From positions 2,112,001 to 2,176,000 of the forward strand of contig OY769902.1 in NCBI GenBank assembly GCA_963669175.1: a DNA stretch of 64,000 nt, written 5' to 3'. The stretch is from a bacterium (GTDB lineage: Bacteria; Electryoneota; Electryoneia; Electryoneales; Electryoneaceae). Positions 1 to 10,980 of the stretch are shown here, piece by piece. Each line of letters begins with the position of its first letter. Position 1 is the stretch's first letter. Below the pieces are notes generated by a model. That model was given only the letters and a program-made list of their open reading frames with translations, made no database searches and was not told where the DNA came from. Both the position numbers and the translations under genes were made by a program.

Positions 1-533
<533 letters not shown>

Positions 534-668
534 CTGTTTTTTCTCGATCACAAGCAAGAACAGATGAAGCACTGGAAGTTGTAGAAATTTTGTACCACCG
601 TTGTATCTTGACGACCGCTTGAAATTTTTAGCTGGCTGTACGCTTTGCGTCAGTCCGCGATAAAGTTT

Positions 669-786
669 CTTCGGCAGCCATAGCGTAGAGGAAACACCTC
701 TTCCCATTCCGAACAGAGTAGTTAAGCTCTACCGCGCCGATGGTACTGCTTGGGCCACCTTGTGGGAGAGTAGGTCGCTGCCGAGG
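669..786 (+). rRNA. rrf: 5S rRNA
   Basis: Terminal helix CTTCGGCAGC/GCTGCCGAGG; conserved CCCATTCCGAAC, GTTAAG, CGCCGATGGTACTG and GGGAGAGTAGG; ~118 nt long, downstream of 23S. Confidence 0.97.
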
Positions 787-797
787 TTTTTTGATGG

Positions 798-829
798 AGC
801 CCCATAGCGCTTTGCGCTATGGGGTTTTT
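798..829 (+). terminator. Intrinsic terminator of the rRNA operon
   Basis: Stem GCCCCATAGCGC-TTT-GCGCTATGGGGT followed by a T run. Confidence 0.9.
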
Positions 830-905
830 GCATTTGTCTGGGAAATATTGTTGTAGAATGAAACCAAAATCATTAGTTTAGAAATAACAAGAAAAGGAGG
901 GTTGT

Positions 906-2966
906 ATGAGGTTACATCGATTTTGCTTCTGCCTGCTTCTTTCTGCTGTCCTTACCTCTCAGGTCAACGCTGAAATTCCATTCCTGGAACATGTCGTAAG
1001 AGATACAATCGAAGGATTACAATACGTTACTGTCGCGGATGTAGATGGGGATGGTGATCAGGATATTATTGCAAGAAGCACAGAATATGGTACCCTTGTT
1101 TACCCAGGGCAGGGAAATGATACCTTTTACTATCACTACAGTATCCTTGATGAGGGGGATGCGCGAGGGGAAATAGTAGTTGATGATATGAATGGTGACG
1201 AATTACCGGATTTGGTTGTCGCGATGGGGGATTATAACCCGAGCATTCAATGGATGGAGTGTATAGGAAACAATGAATATGTAAATCACTCTCTATTGGA
1301 TTGCAATAATGTATTATGTCTGGATGTCGCAGATATGGATAATGATGGCGACCAGGATATAATCGCCATTGCTTCGTACAATGAGGAAGACGCTTTCCTG
1401 TACTGCTTTGAAAATTCCAACGACCATTTTGAACCTAGCCTGATTGAAATACAATTCCCACAATCACATGAGATACTGGCATGTGATCTGGACCAGGATG
1501 GCGACAATGATATTGTTGCGACGTTCGGGGAAGATGGAACGATTGAATGGTGGGAAAACGATGGACTGATGATTTTTGCTAACCATGTAATTGTGGAACA
1601 GGTGGATAATCCTGCAAACATTGCGGTGAAGGACATGGATTCTGATGGCGATATGGATATACTTGCAACAACATCGGAAGGAAATGCGCTTTACTGCTAT
1701 ACGAATAATGGAGAATGCAGTTTTACCGAAAATGTCATTGATGATGAATTGACCACGGCTTGGGGGATTGATGCAGCAGATCTGGATTGGGATGGTGATG
1801 TTGATATTGTAGCTACTGCGCAGGAAGCCGGATATGTCAAGCTATATGAAAATAATGGCAATATGACGTTTACGGAGTCAGTACTCGTAGACTCTTTTTT
1901 TGGTGCTGTACATGTTTCCATTGCTGATATAGACGATGATTATATGCCGGATGTCATCGCTGCTGCTTCAATCAGCGAGAAAATCAGTACCTGGATAAAT
2001 CTGTCTGATCCCTATTTGTTTTCATTCTATTTAGATTATCCGCAAAGGCGTGGAATTGTTTATAATGACACTGTTCAGCTTGCCTGGGAAACCACTACGT
2101 TTTGCCCTGTAACACCTGATCCTTGTTATTTCCTTGAATGGTCAAACCGGGGTGACTATCCTGAAGAGTCAACCGCTTTGGTTGAACTAGCCACGACAAC
2201 TTTTTCAATCAGCGCATTTCGTGACGGTGACACGGTTATACCGTTTGCAGATGGCGATACGGTTTATTGGCGTGTACGCGCTTTTGATGAGTATATGGGG
2301 AAATCCAGATGGATGGAGGGGAACAGTTCCGGTTTCTGGTTTGTGATTGATCTAACAGTAGCACCTTATCCAGCATATCCCGTTTCGCCGGGGAATGGCT
2401 GCAGCGTTGAACCGGAATTTGTAATATTGGAATGGGAACCAGCAATTGATCCCAACCCAGGAGACACTCCATACTACAATGTCTGGCTGGATACTCTGCA
2501 GACATTGGAAACGGCATGGCTGGTAGTGGATTCGCTGCTATGCTACCGAAGAGGGATCACGAATTTGCAGGAAGAACAGGAATACTTCTGGGCCGTTTAT
2601 GCTACGGATGCTAATACAGAGGGAACGTGGTCGGATACATTCAGTTTCGTCACCCTCCTGGCGGGCGTCGGGGATCTGGAGCACGATGCAATTCCTCTTC
2701 CCAGTGAATTTTCATTGACACGTGTTTCGCCAAATCCGTTCAATTCCACGACGGTTGTTGAGTTTTTCCTGCCCCATTCCGGGGTTGCGCGGTTCAGGGT
2801 ATTTGATATCCTGGGGCGATCCGCACTCGAACTAGCGGAACAGAACTATTCTGAGGGATACCACCTGCTACCGGTAGAGATGCGGAATCAGAGTTCCGGC
2901 ACCTACTTTATACAGGGGGAATGCGAAGGCGCGGTTGTCACCTCGAAAGTGATTCTGGTGCGCTAA
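906..2966 (+). CDS. Secreted FG-GAP/VCBS repeat protein with C-terminal T9SS/FlgD-like sorting domain
   Basis: AGGAGG RBS; signal peptide; about seven DxDxDGDxDI repeats; C-terminal SPNPFN...GTYF...KVILVR. Confidence 0.9.
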   Translation: MRLHRFCFCLLLSAVLTSQVNAEIPFLEHVVRDTIEGLQYVTVADVDGDGDQDIIARSTEYGTLVYPGQGNDTFYYHYSILDEGDARGEIVVDDMNGDELPDLVVAMGDYNPSIQWMECIGNNEYVNHSLLDCNNVLCLDVADMDNDGDQDIIAIASYNEEDAFLYCFENSNDHFEPSLIEIQFPQSHEILACDLDQDGDNDIVATFGEDGTIEWWENDGLMIFANHVIVEQVDNPANIAVKDMDSDGDMDILATTSEGNALYCYTNNGECSFTENVIDDELTTAWGIDAADLDWDGDVDIVATAQEAGYVKLYENNGNMTFTESVLVDSFFGAVHVSIADIDDDYMPDVIAAASISEKISTWINLSDPYLFSFYLDYPQRRGIVYNDTVQLAWETTTFCPVTPDPCYFLEWSNRGDYPEESTALVELATTTFSISAFRDGDTVIPFADGDTVYWRVRAFDEYMGKSRWMEGNSSGFWFVIDLTVAPYPAYPVSPGNGCSVEPEFVILEWEPAIDPNPGDTPYYNVWLDTLQTLETAWLVVDSLLCYRRGITNLQEEQEYFWAVYATDANTEGTWSDTFSFVTLLAGVGDLEHDAIPLPSEFSLTRVSPNPFNSTTVVEFFLPHSGVARFRVFDILGRSALELAEQNYSEGYHLLPVEMRNQSSGTYFIQGECEGAVVTSKVILVR

Positions 2967-3020
2967 TGGATCGGTACATGTGAATCGGTCCTCTAGCAGA
3001 TATTGTGGACCTCTGGGGAC

Positions 3021-3446
3021 TCAGAGGATAGCAACGATAATCGCTGTATCGATAATGGCGCCAAGCAGCATAAGGAAAACAGTTCCTGATTTGTATTCGG
3101 TTCCCTGGGTGATATACTTGATATCGCTGAAGGGAATGATGCGTCTGAACGTATTGGACGCGGATCCGATCATTTCAAGTTCTACGGAATCACCAGCATG
3201 ATTTGCGCACAGGATTCCGTTGCAGTAATCCCCATTGGTCAACCAGACAGTGACAGCGTCACCGGTGTGATAAGCGGATTCAACCTTCTCGGCAGGAACA
3301 AGCTCTTTCGAGTGGTCCATGTTGTCAATTGCACGGCCACTGTGAAACCCTATCAACGTGCATCCCTGGGATACCAACAGCACGAAAACAAGAAGGGGGA
3401 GAAGTCGTATCGCAAGGCTTCTCAAGGGGATCGTCTGTGTATTCAT
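3021..3446 (-). CDS. Hypothetical lipoprotein/membrane protein
   Basis: GAGG RBS; hydrophobic N-terminus ending SQGC; C-terminal TM helix. Confidence 0.7.
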   Translation of the reverse strand: MNTQTIPLRSLAIRLLPLLVFVLLVSQGCTLIGFHSGRAIDNMDHSKELVPAEKVESAYHTGDAVTVWLTNGDYCNGILCANHAGDSVELEMIGSASNTFRRIIPFSDIKYITQGTEYKSGTVFLMLLGAIIDTAIIVAIL

Positions 3447-3474
3447 GTGCCCTCGTTACTTTACCGCGTTTAGA

Positions 3475-4161
3475 TCATTTGTTTTTTGAAGATGCCCCAA
3501 GATCCAGGATCTTGACTCCTTCAGCGTAGTCTTTCCGTTTTAACTCATGCACTTCAAGAAGCTGCTTTACCAGCAATTCCATCCTGATAACCTGTTCGTG
3601 AATGATTGTCAGTTTTTTTAATAAATCCGGTTCTACATGTGTGTTTTTCAGCAGGAGATCCACGGCAGCGTGAATCGTTGCAACAGGGTTGTTAAACTCA
3701 TGGGCTATGGTTGCCGCAAGTTCTTGAATTGCTTGAATCTGTTCGATGAGCGCTTCTGCCTCTTCGCGTCGCTTAATTGGGGTAATGTCCATTGTATACA
3801 TGCACACATAAGCCGGCTCGACAAAAGAATACGACAGGATGAGGTCAACTTCAATGCCTGTACTGGGACTTGTGTAATGAACCTCGCGGCGTACCTGGGC
3901 GTGGGTTTTATAACACTCTTCAAGATCTGTCAGCAAGTCCTGCATATTCGGATACAGCTTCTCTGCTGGTTCATCTACCATTTTTTGAACGCGATTATTC
4001 GTTACAGTTTCAGCCCTTTTGTTGAATTCTTTCAGGATGTAGCGTTGGTCGATTTTTTTGAAGATAAAGGCAGGCAGAGGGATTTCCTTGAACAGCGAAC
4101 GAAATTGCTCGCCCTCGTTTTGCTGGGATGTAGTGAAAGCCGAATTGTCTGATCCGCTCAT
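3475..4161 (-). CDS. PAS domain plus HisKA dimerisation/phosphoacceptor protein lacking an ATPase domain
   Basis: PAS-like N-terminus ending DIT; H-box ATIAHEFNNPV; no N/G1/F/G2 boxes. Confidence 0.85.
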   Translation of the reverse strand: MSGSDNSAFTTSQQNEGEQFRSLFKEIPLPAFIFKKIDQRYILKEFNKRAETVTNNRVQKMVDEPAEKLYPNMQDLLTDLEECYKTHAQVRREVHYTSPSTGIEVDLILSYSFVEPAYVCMYTMDITPIKRREEAEALIEQIQAIQELAATIAHEFNNPVATIHAAVDLLLKNTHVEPDLLKKLTIIHEQVIRMELLVKQLLEVHELKRKDYAEGVKILDLGASSKNK

Positions 4162-4346
4162 GGGCGTCTACCAAATATTGGCCAATAGCTAAAAGTACAT
4201 CATCCTGATTGAAAAAGCTCAAACATTTGGAAGAAATTCAAGCTATTAAGTTCCACCAGAGTCTGGCTGTATGGCAATCCAATCCACTGTGTGCTGCTTT
4301 TCAAAATTCTTTCTGCTTTTATAACCATCGCATATTTACAGGGCCG

Positions 4347-5609
4347 TTATTCCGTCTTCTTTGTGAACGAAGCGGCGATGAGGCTGACAATGGCCAGGGC
4401 TGTAATGTACCATGCTGGTGTCAGGATATTCCCGGTCTGCTTGATCAACCAGGTACACACCAGCGGTGCAGTTCCACCGAAGATCGCCAGTCCCAGGTTA
4501 TAGCCGATGCCAATGCCACTGTAGCGTGTCCGTGCGGGAAACATGTTGACCATGGCGGCAGGAATGGTCGCCTGAACCATACTCATGATAACGGCAAAGA
4601 TCAGTTGTGCGCCCAGAGCCCACGCAAAAACACCATAGTCTGCAAGCCGGAAGAGTTGCAAGGTCAATATGGCAAAAGCGGCAAGGGACATCACCAGCAT
4701 TTTTTTGATCCCCATACGATCCGCCCATAATCCGGCCAATGGAATCAGGATCATCATGACAGCCATGGAGATTGTATTTGCCGTAAGTGCGTGTGGAACA
4801 GCAGGAGATACGATCTTCGTGAGATAGGTGGGCCACCACACGAACAAAGTATAGAATCCCGCGCCCAACAGAAGAACGAGCGCCATTACATGTAATATGG
4901 TAAAGGGATGGTGTTTTATAGCGTCAACCAGCGGATTGTCGCGAATCGCTTCCTGCTTCTTGAGATTTTCAAACGCAGGTGTCTCATGCAGGCCTTTTCG
5001 CATCCACAGGGCGAAACCCCCGATACCAAAACCGGCTAAAAAGGGAATGCGCCAGCCCCAGGTATGTAAAAAGCTGTCCGAAAACAGGCCATGTGCGATT
5101 GCTGCTACAGCGCTTCCCAGCATGACACCGCCTATCGAACTGAAGGTTGTCCAGCTACCGTAAAAACCACGCTTTCCCGGGGGAGCGATTTCGGTAAGGA
5201 AAGAGATGGATCCGATAAACTCGCCACCTACAGAGAGACCTTGCAAGAGACGCAAAAGGACCAGTAGAAACGCCGCAGTCACGCCAATCTGGTCATGCGT
5301 GGGCAACAAACCAAGCAGGGTGGTAGGAACTGCCATCATCATAACAGAGAGCTGGAGCGCTCTTTTTCTACCAAACCTGTCACCGATATTTCCGAAAACG
5401 ATACCGCCGATCGGACGTGCAAAATACCCGATAGCGAACACACCAAATGCAGCAATTAATCCGGCCAGTTTATCTTCTTCGGGGAAAAACTGCAGGGCAA
5501 TTACAGGTGCAAAATAGCCATAGACAGCGAAATCATACCATTCCAGAACATTGCCAAGTGAACCACCAAAGATACTTTTCCAATCATGGTTCCCGGTTGC
5601 TTGTTTCAT
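4347..5609 (-). CDS. MFS transporter, MHS family (ProP-like proline/betaine or metabolite:H+ symporter)
   Basis: GNVLEWYDFAVYG, GDRFGRK, RLLQGLSVGGE and WGWRIPF motifs; about 12 TM segments. Confidence 0.93.
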   Translation of the reverse strand: MKQATGNHDWKSIFGGSLGNVLEWYDFAVYGYFAPVIALQFFPEEDKLAGLIAAFGVFAIGYFARPIGGIVFGNIGDRFGRKRALQLSVMMMAVPTTLLGLLPTHDQIGVTAAFLLVLLRLLQGLSVGGEFIGSISFLTEIAPPGKRGFYGSWTTFSSIGGVMLGSAVAAIAHGLFSDSFLHTWGWRIPFLAGFGIGGFALWMRKGLHETPAFENLKKQEAIRDNPLVDAIKHHPFTILHVMALVLLLGAGFYTLFVWWPTYLTKIVSPAVPHALTANTISMAVMMILIPLAGLWADRMGIKKMLVMSLAAFAILTLQLFRLADYGVFAWALGAQLIFAVIMSMVQATIPAAMVNMFPARTRYSGIGIGYNLGLAIFGGTAPLVCTWLIKQTGNILTPAWYITALAIVSLIAASFTKKTE

Positions 5610-5750
5610 GGATCCCCCCTGTTACCCTATACCATGAGTTTCAACCTGCAACAAACATCAGGTAAGGTAAGGCTGGACAGGTGAGGTACATATACTGCAA
5701 AGGATTAAAACTGCGAAAGTACCGGTCGTGCAATGAGAATCAGGAGAACT

Positions 5751-5790
5751 AACAGAAACAGAACACCCCGCGTAAAGCAGGGTGTTCTGT
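5751..5790 (-). terminator. Intrinsic terminator after the S8 protease gene
   Basis: ACAGAACACCC...GGGTGTTCTGT stem with T-rich tail on the minus strand. Confidence 0.7.
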
Positions 5791-5819
5791 GGGAATATCA
5801 AGAACTCTGAAGTGTGTAC

Positions 5820-8800
5820 TTACTTCAGAAGCAGCATCTTTCGTGACTGAACGAATCCATTGTCAGTCTTCATGCGTACGAAGTACATGCCACTGGCAAG
5901 ACGAGCTCCGTTGAAGGAAAGCTTATGCGTTCCCGCTGTAAACTGCTGATGCGCCAGGTTGGCCACTTCGCGTCCCAGCACATCGTAAATAATCAGCGAA
6001 ACGACTTCGTTGCGCGGCAGGTCAAAGCCAACGACCGTTGTGCTGTTGAATGGATTCGGGTACGGCGCATGCAGAGCGAATTCATTCGGAAGCTCAACCT
6101 GATCATCCTCAAACTCTACGCCAACAGCTACAGTCATTAGAACCGGCATGACGGTAACTTCCTCAAGCGTGTTGTGAGTGGCGATGAGGTTGGCTGCATA
6201 GACGCCATTATCATAACCGACATAATCGAGGGTCACGGTAATGTCCTGAGTTTCATCCGGGCCGATCGTGAACTCTTGAGGCGTATACTCAGCAAACGGA
6301 ACGTATGTCTGGAGTTCGAACCCGGCAACACGGTCGCCGGTGGGATGTTGCAACAGACAGGTTAGTACAGAATAGTAGGTGTCATAAATTGGAACGACAC
6401 CGATTCCCTTTAACGCTTCGTTCGCAACACCGGGAACTTCAAGGTAGTACTCAACACGTTGGCTATCCGGATTGACAGTGTACAGATCCAGGGGGGTTCC
6501 GTTCAGCGTCTGGCCTGCCAGCAGCATTGTGTTCCCATCTTCACCGAGCGGATTGTATACCAGGCCGCTGACGAACAAGCCGCATTCAAACCTTGCCACC
6601 TCTTCACCGGTTTCAGGGTTCAGACCAACCATATCCTGACCGCCGGCAGTTACCCAGAGCAACCCGTTAGTAGGATCAAAGGCTAATGCGGGATGACGGT
6701 CAAATGGGCCGTCAATCGTGCGGACCAAATTGCAGTTTTCCGGATCCATGACCATAATTCTGTGGTCGTAGCTGCCGTACAGGTATGTCCCATCATAGGC
6801 AAGATCTCTCATACCTGTGGCATTGGCGCCAGGCAGGTTCGATCCGGGTTGTTCAAAGGACTGAATGTACTCACCGTCATTGGTGATTTTATAAATATAG
6901 TTGGGATTTGTGTAGTTGTTGCTTCCTGTTACGTACAAGTATTGACCAACCGATTCAATACCCTGTACAGCATTATCAGCGATAATATCTGTAATCGACA
7001 TGGAATAATGCTCATCCATGAACTCGGTCAGGTCTGAATCAGCAATTGCCGGTTCAATTTCAACCATAACATCAATACTGGCCGTTCCGTCGTTGAGTAC
7101 GGTAATGGTAAACTCTTCCGGTGACGTTGATGATACAGTCGCTTCCAACGTATCCGGTGTTGGAGAGAACAAACCGATTGGCAATAGCATATTAAAATAC
7201 GTTGTTTCGCCTGCCGAAACTTCGATCCCGGTTAGTTCTGCATGCGCATATGGTGGATAATCCGCGAAAGCGCTATGAGTGCCACTGGGCATGGGGAAAG
7301 TGAACTCACCCATTGAATCCGCTACCACGACAAATGTATCAAGCCCGGCTTCAAGGGTAAGCACCAGGTTGACCGCCACATTCGGTATAATGGCATCTGT
7401 GTTTGCGTTGCGTACTGTGCCGACGACATCGCCCCAGTTGTTCGGACAAGCCATCATAACTGCAAGGGGATCAATTCGACCAGAGCCGTAATCGTTATCC
7501 TTCCCTGAGTCACCATAATCAATAGCTGTTGTCTGTAACAGCGAGTCGATCTGGATCGTGGTCAGTTCCGGTGCGAGCGACAGCATCAGGGCAATGGTGC
7601 CGGCCACTGACGGGCTGGCCATGGAGGTTCCCGAATAGGCAACATAACCACTATCGAGATCCAGCGAGGTGATATTAAATCCAGGCGCTGATACATCCGG
7701 TCGGATCAGGCCTACATGCTCCTCATCGTACAGATAATCCAGGAAATCAGGAATATCCTGCCAGGTGACCGGGCCTCTGCTGGAATTGTAGTACATGAGG
7801 TCTTCTTCATTCGTCGCACCAACGGCAATCACGCCCCCGCGAGTTCCTTCCTCAACCTCAAACGGGCTTCGCCATGGTGAGGGACATGTGGCTGGTACCC
7901 GGATGCTTGTCGGGGGGGCGAAGGAAGCGCCTTCGTTCCCCGCGGCAACACAACTGGCAATACCGGCGATATCCATGATTTCAAAGTTGGCGCGCCAGGC
8001 GCTGTCAGCCGGTTCCCAGATATGAAGCATGCCGAGCGACATATTCATGACATCGACACCCTGCTCGATGCACATATCCATCGCGGCCCACATCGTGGCT
8101 TCATAACCTTCAACGGCAGTCGAAGTCTGTACCTTCAGGCACATCAGGGTAGCGTCTGGCGCAATACCTGTTTGAATTCCGCCAGTACCGTCACCGCAAA
8201 TAATGCCGGATACATGGGTACCATGACCATTGGTGTCCATCGGGTCGTCGTTGTCGTCGGCAAAATTATAACCGTGGTTCGGGAAGTCTTCGCCACCGTC
8301 CCACAGATGATCAGCCAAGTCTGCATGATTGTAGTCCACGCCGCCATCAATCACAGCAACCAGTACACCTTCACCGGTCCATCCAAAATCCCAGAGCATA
8401 GGCGCACCGAGCAGATCGACTGACCAGGTATACTCGTCAAGTTCATCCAGGGCGACAGGCGTAGGATCCCAGTCAGCGAGAGGCTTCAGGTAATCGCCAT
8501 GGATCCAGGCAATGTCATCACGATAGGAAACAGCTTCAATAACCTCGGGGGTAGCCCAAAGCAGGATACCGTTACAAATACGAAGTGTGTTGTATCGCTC
8601 AACATTGCCGTTTTCATCCATTTTATCGATGAAATCGAGCAAGTCGCCTTGCGTTCTCCGTGCGAGATTATCAATCTCGTTCCAGACAACTTCGCTTCTT
8701 GCATTCCGTGGCAAGCCACGAACCATATCTTCCAGTTTTGCTCGGTCAGGCTGTTCTGCCATGAAGACAACCATATGGACAATGTCACCGGGCTTCGCGT

Positions 8801-8912
8801 CAGAAAGAATGTCGCGTGCCGGCTTGTCGAGTACGGAATAGTTCGGTTGCGCAACAGCGCCGACAGTCAATAGGATGAGCAATATGCCAGTAAGTGTTAG
8901 CGTCCTCGTCAT
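5820..8912 (-). CDS. Secreted subtilisin-like S8 serine protease with carboxypeptidase-regulatory-like, propeller and C-terminal sorting domains
   Basis: Catalytic triad motifs VAVIDGGVD, GHGTHVSG and SGTSMASP; oxyanion AAGNE; PYPNPFN CTD. Start moved to ATG 8912 (GGAGG RBS). Confidence 0.95.
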   Translation of the reverse strand: MTRTLTLTGILLILLTVGAVAQPNYSVLDKPARDILSDAKPGDIVHMVVFMAEQPDRAKLEDMVRGLPRNARSEVVWNEIDNLARRTQGDLLDFIDKMDENGNVERYNTLRICNGILLWATPEVIEAVSYRDDIAWIHGDYLKPLADWDPTPVALDELDEYTWSVDLLGAPMLWDFGWTGEGVLVAVIDGGVDYNHADLADHLWDGGEDFPNHGYNFADDNDDPMDTNGHGTHVSGIICGDGTGGIQTGIAPDATLMCLKVQTSTAVEGYEATMWAAMDMCIEQGVDVMNMSLGMLHIWEPADSAWRANFEIMDIAGIASCVAAGNEGASFAPPTSIRVPATCPSPWRSPFEVEEGTRGGVIAVGATNEEDLMYYNSSRGPVTWQDIPDFLDYLYDEEHVGLIRPDVSAPGFNITSLDLDSGYVAYSGTSMASPSVAGTIALMLSLAPELTTIQIDSLLQTTAIDYGDSGKDNDYGSGRIDPLAVMMACPNNWGDVVGTVRNANTDAIIPNVAVNLVLTLEAGLDTFVVVADSMGEFTFPMPSGTHSAFADYPPYAHAELTGIEVSAGETTYFNMLLPIGLFSPTPDTLEATVSSTSPEEFTITVLNDGTASIDVMVEIEPAIADSDLTEFMDEHYSMSITDIIADNAVQGIESVGQYLYVTGSNNYTNPNYIYKITNDGEYIQSFEQPGSNLPGANATGMRDLAYDGTYLYGSYDHRIMVMDPENCNLVRTIDGPFDRHPALAFDPTNGLLWVTAGGQDMVGLNPETGEEVARFECGLFVSGLVYNPLGEDGNTMLLAGQTLNGTPLDLYTVNPDSQRVEYYLEVPGVANEALKGIGVVPIYDTYYSVLTCLLQHPTGDRVAGFELQTYVPFAEYTPQEFTIGPDETQDITVTLDYVGYDNGVYAANLIATHNTLEEVTVMPVLMTVAVGVEFEDDQVELPNEFALHAPYPNPFNSTTVVGFDLPRNEVVSLIIYDVLGREVANLAHQQFTAGTHKLSFNGARLASGMYFVRMKTDNGFVQSRKMLLLK

Positions 8913-8970
8913 CGCGTTCCTCCACACAGCTACGTTCATAAAATGATGAACGGGTCTTACTCAATATCCA

Positions 8971-10416
8971 CTACTTCAGCAGGTGTACTTTTCGGGTCAT
9001 CGATCCAAACGACGTCTTAGCCTGGATATAGTATATCCCGCTTGGAAGATGATTTGCGTTGAGTACAAGATTATGCCTGCCTGCTTCGAAATGACCATCG
9101 GCTAAGGAAGCAACTTCACTGCCGAGAATGTTGAAGGCCACAACCTGAACCTGGCCAGCTTGCGGCAGGGTCAGTGAAAGACGTGTTGTAGCGTTGAACG
9201 GGTTTGGATATGCATTGCTCAAGTCAAAAGCGTTGGGAAGTTCGCCGTCGACATCGTTCTCGATTCCAGTTTCATCAGGCTCGAGATACATGAGCATCAT
9301 GTCCGCATCCGAGTCGCCATAGGTCGTGCAACCGAGGATATAGCTGTATTCCGGACCACGACTGACTGCACGGCATTCCGTCGGATTGTCTGTGTCGTAT
9401 CGCCCTGTCCAGGCCACATTACCGTTGGAGCTGAAAGCCAGCAGGTAAGGTGTAGGATCCGTTTCTGTCTGCCCACTGGATGTGGTATAGCCGGCCAGTA
9501 CATAGGTGTCATCATTTACCGAGTACAAGGCGTCATAACAAACTTCGTTATATGCTCCACCACGTGCACGGGTCCAGATACTGTCACCGCTGGTTTCGGT
9601 CAGCTTCAGACCATACATGCTGCCGGGATTGTCCCCGTAATTGGCAGCGTAACCGCCGATGAAAACGTCACCGGAAGGAAGTATGGTGATGCCGCCAGCA
9701 TCCTGGCTGTAATTGCCGGAGAAGCTTTCAGCATACTGAAGATAGCCGGAGCTGTTGACTTTGATCGAGACAATACCCTGGTATCCGCCACCGGCGATGA
9801 TGAAATTCCCATCGGATGTTTCAACGATATCGTTGCCCCAGTCCGCCTGGAAAAAGGTATTGGTCCACAGTGTATCGCCATCGGCTTCCAGGCGAACAAC
9901 GTAGGTTTCGTCATAGCCGTCATCGTTGAACGAATTGCTCGATCCAACGGCGACAAAGCCACCATCTGCTGTCTGTTTGATGCTCTTGATGACATCACGA
10001 CCGGCGCCACCGTAAGTGCGTGTCCAGAGCGTGTCACCGTTGGCTGCGATACGAACAAAATACGCAGCACGTGTGCCTGGGCCATAAGACTCTGTAAATC
10101 CAGCACATATCCACCCGTTGCTTTCGGGTATATACTCGACTGTGTGGCACCACTCGTCCAGAGAACCGCCATAGCGCTTCAGCCAGCGCTGAGAGCCATC
10201 AGCATTCGTTCGGACCAGCAGAAAGTCCAGGTCTCCGTTGTCGGGATTTATCGATTTCCCGGCAAGCATGAAACCATAGTCGTAGGCAGGATGTACATCG
10301 TAACAATAATCATCGGTCTCACCCCCATAGGTCTGTGACCAACCAAGGGTTGGCTGAGCTGCCAAGGCAGGAAAGACCATGGTGAAACACAGCAACAGGA
10401 TGAACAAAAATTTCAC
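8971..10416 (-). CDS. Secreted beta-propeller-type repeat protein with C-terminal sorting domain
   Basis: Signal peptide; repeated (W)xRTYGG...D...GGF..AG units; AYPNPFN CTD. Confidence 0.88.
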   Translation of the reverse strand: MKFLFILLLCFTMVFPALAAQPTLGWSQTYGGETDDYCYDVHPAYDYGFMLAGKSINPDNGDLDFLLVRTNADGSQRWLKRYGGSLDEWCHTVEYIPESNGWICAGFTESYGPGTRAAYFVRIAANGDTLWTRTYGGAGRDVIKSIKQTADGGFVAVGSSNSFNDDGYDETYVVRLEADGDTLWTNTFFQADWGNDIVETSDGNFIIAGGGYQGIVSIKVNSSGYLQYAESFSGNYSQDAGGITILPSGDVFIGGYAANYGDNPGSMYGLKLTETSGDSIWTRARGGAYNEVCYDALYSVNDDTYVLAGYTTSSGQTETDPTPYLLAFSSNGNVAWTGRYDTDNPTECRAVSRGPEYSYILGCTTYGDSDADMMLMYLEPDETGIENDVDGELPNAFDLSNAYPNPFNATTRLSLTLPQAGQVQVVAFNILGSEVASLADGHFEAGRHNLVLNANHLPSGIYYIQAKTSFGSMTRKVHLLK

Positions 10417-10980
10417 GTCGCGCCTCGTGCTTGTTCACAGTTCTTGTACCGGACGAACAATGGGAAAAAGAAAACGGACCCCTCCTCGAGCTACTGACAA
10501 AAGCCCGGAAAAGTCCGAATAACAGAAACCCATGGCACTGAATGTAGCTTAGGAAGCTGCACTGATCATTCCCTTTTTGCTCGTCCTGGCACCCTCCAGT
10601 TACCCAACTCAGGAATATAAGAGCAATAATGGGCTTTTTCGAGTCCTCTCCAAAAAAAAACTCGGTTGTTCATATAATTCTCAATACGATAGAAAAATCG
10701 GCTCTACGTTGTAACATGTTAATATTTAAGCACAAGGATGAAGCGTGTTCATTTTGATACACCTTGCGAGTGCCCCAGTGCACAAAAACAGACACTGACC
10801 ATTGCATTGAGTCCGGTAATCCCCAGGCGTAGTGCTCTCATTCCTGTGAAACCGTTTATTCAAGCCGAGTTTTAATAACGGCACCAGAAAATAAATTTCC
10901 GGTGAGTTGCAACACGTATTTTCAAGCGTTATCAACTATATTATCTTCCACAAGATACGGCAGTCGGAGGGGAACCGGTT

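Noticed and set aside
10480-10520. ykkC/guanidine-I riboswitch (GACAAAAGCCCGG)
   Set aside because: Only the short 3' motif matches, the upstream conserved elements are absent, and it is antisense to the adjacent gene.
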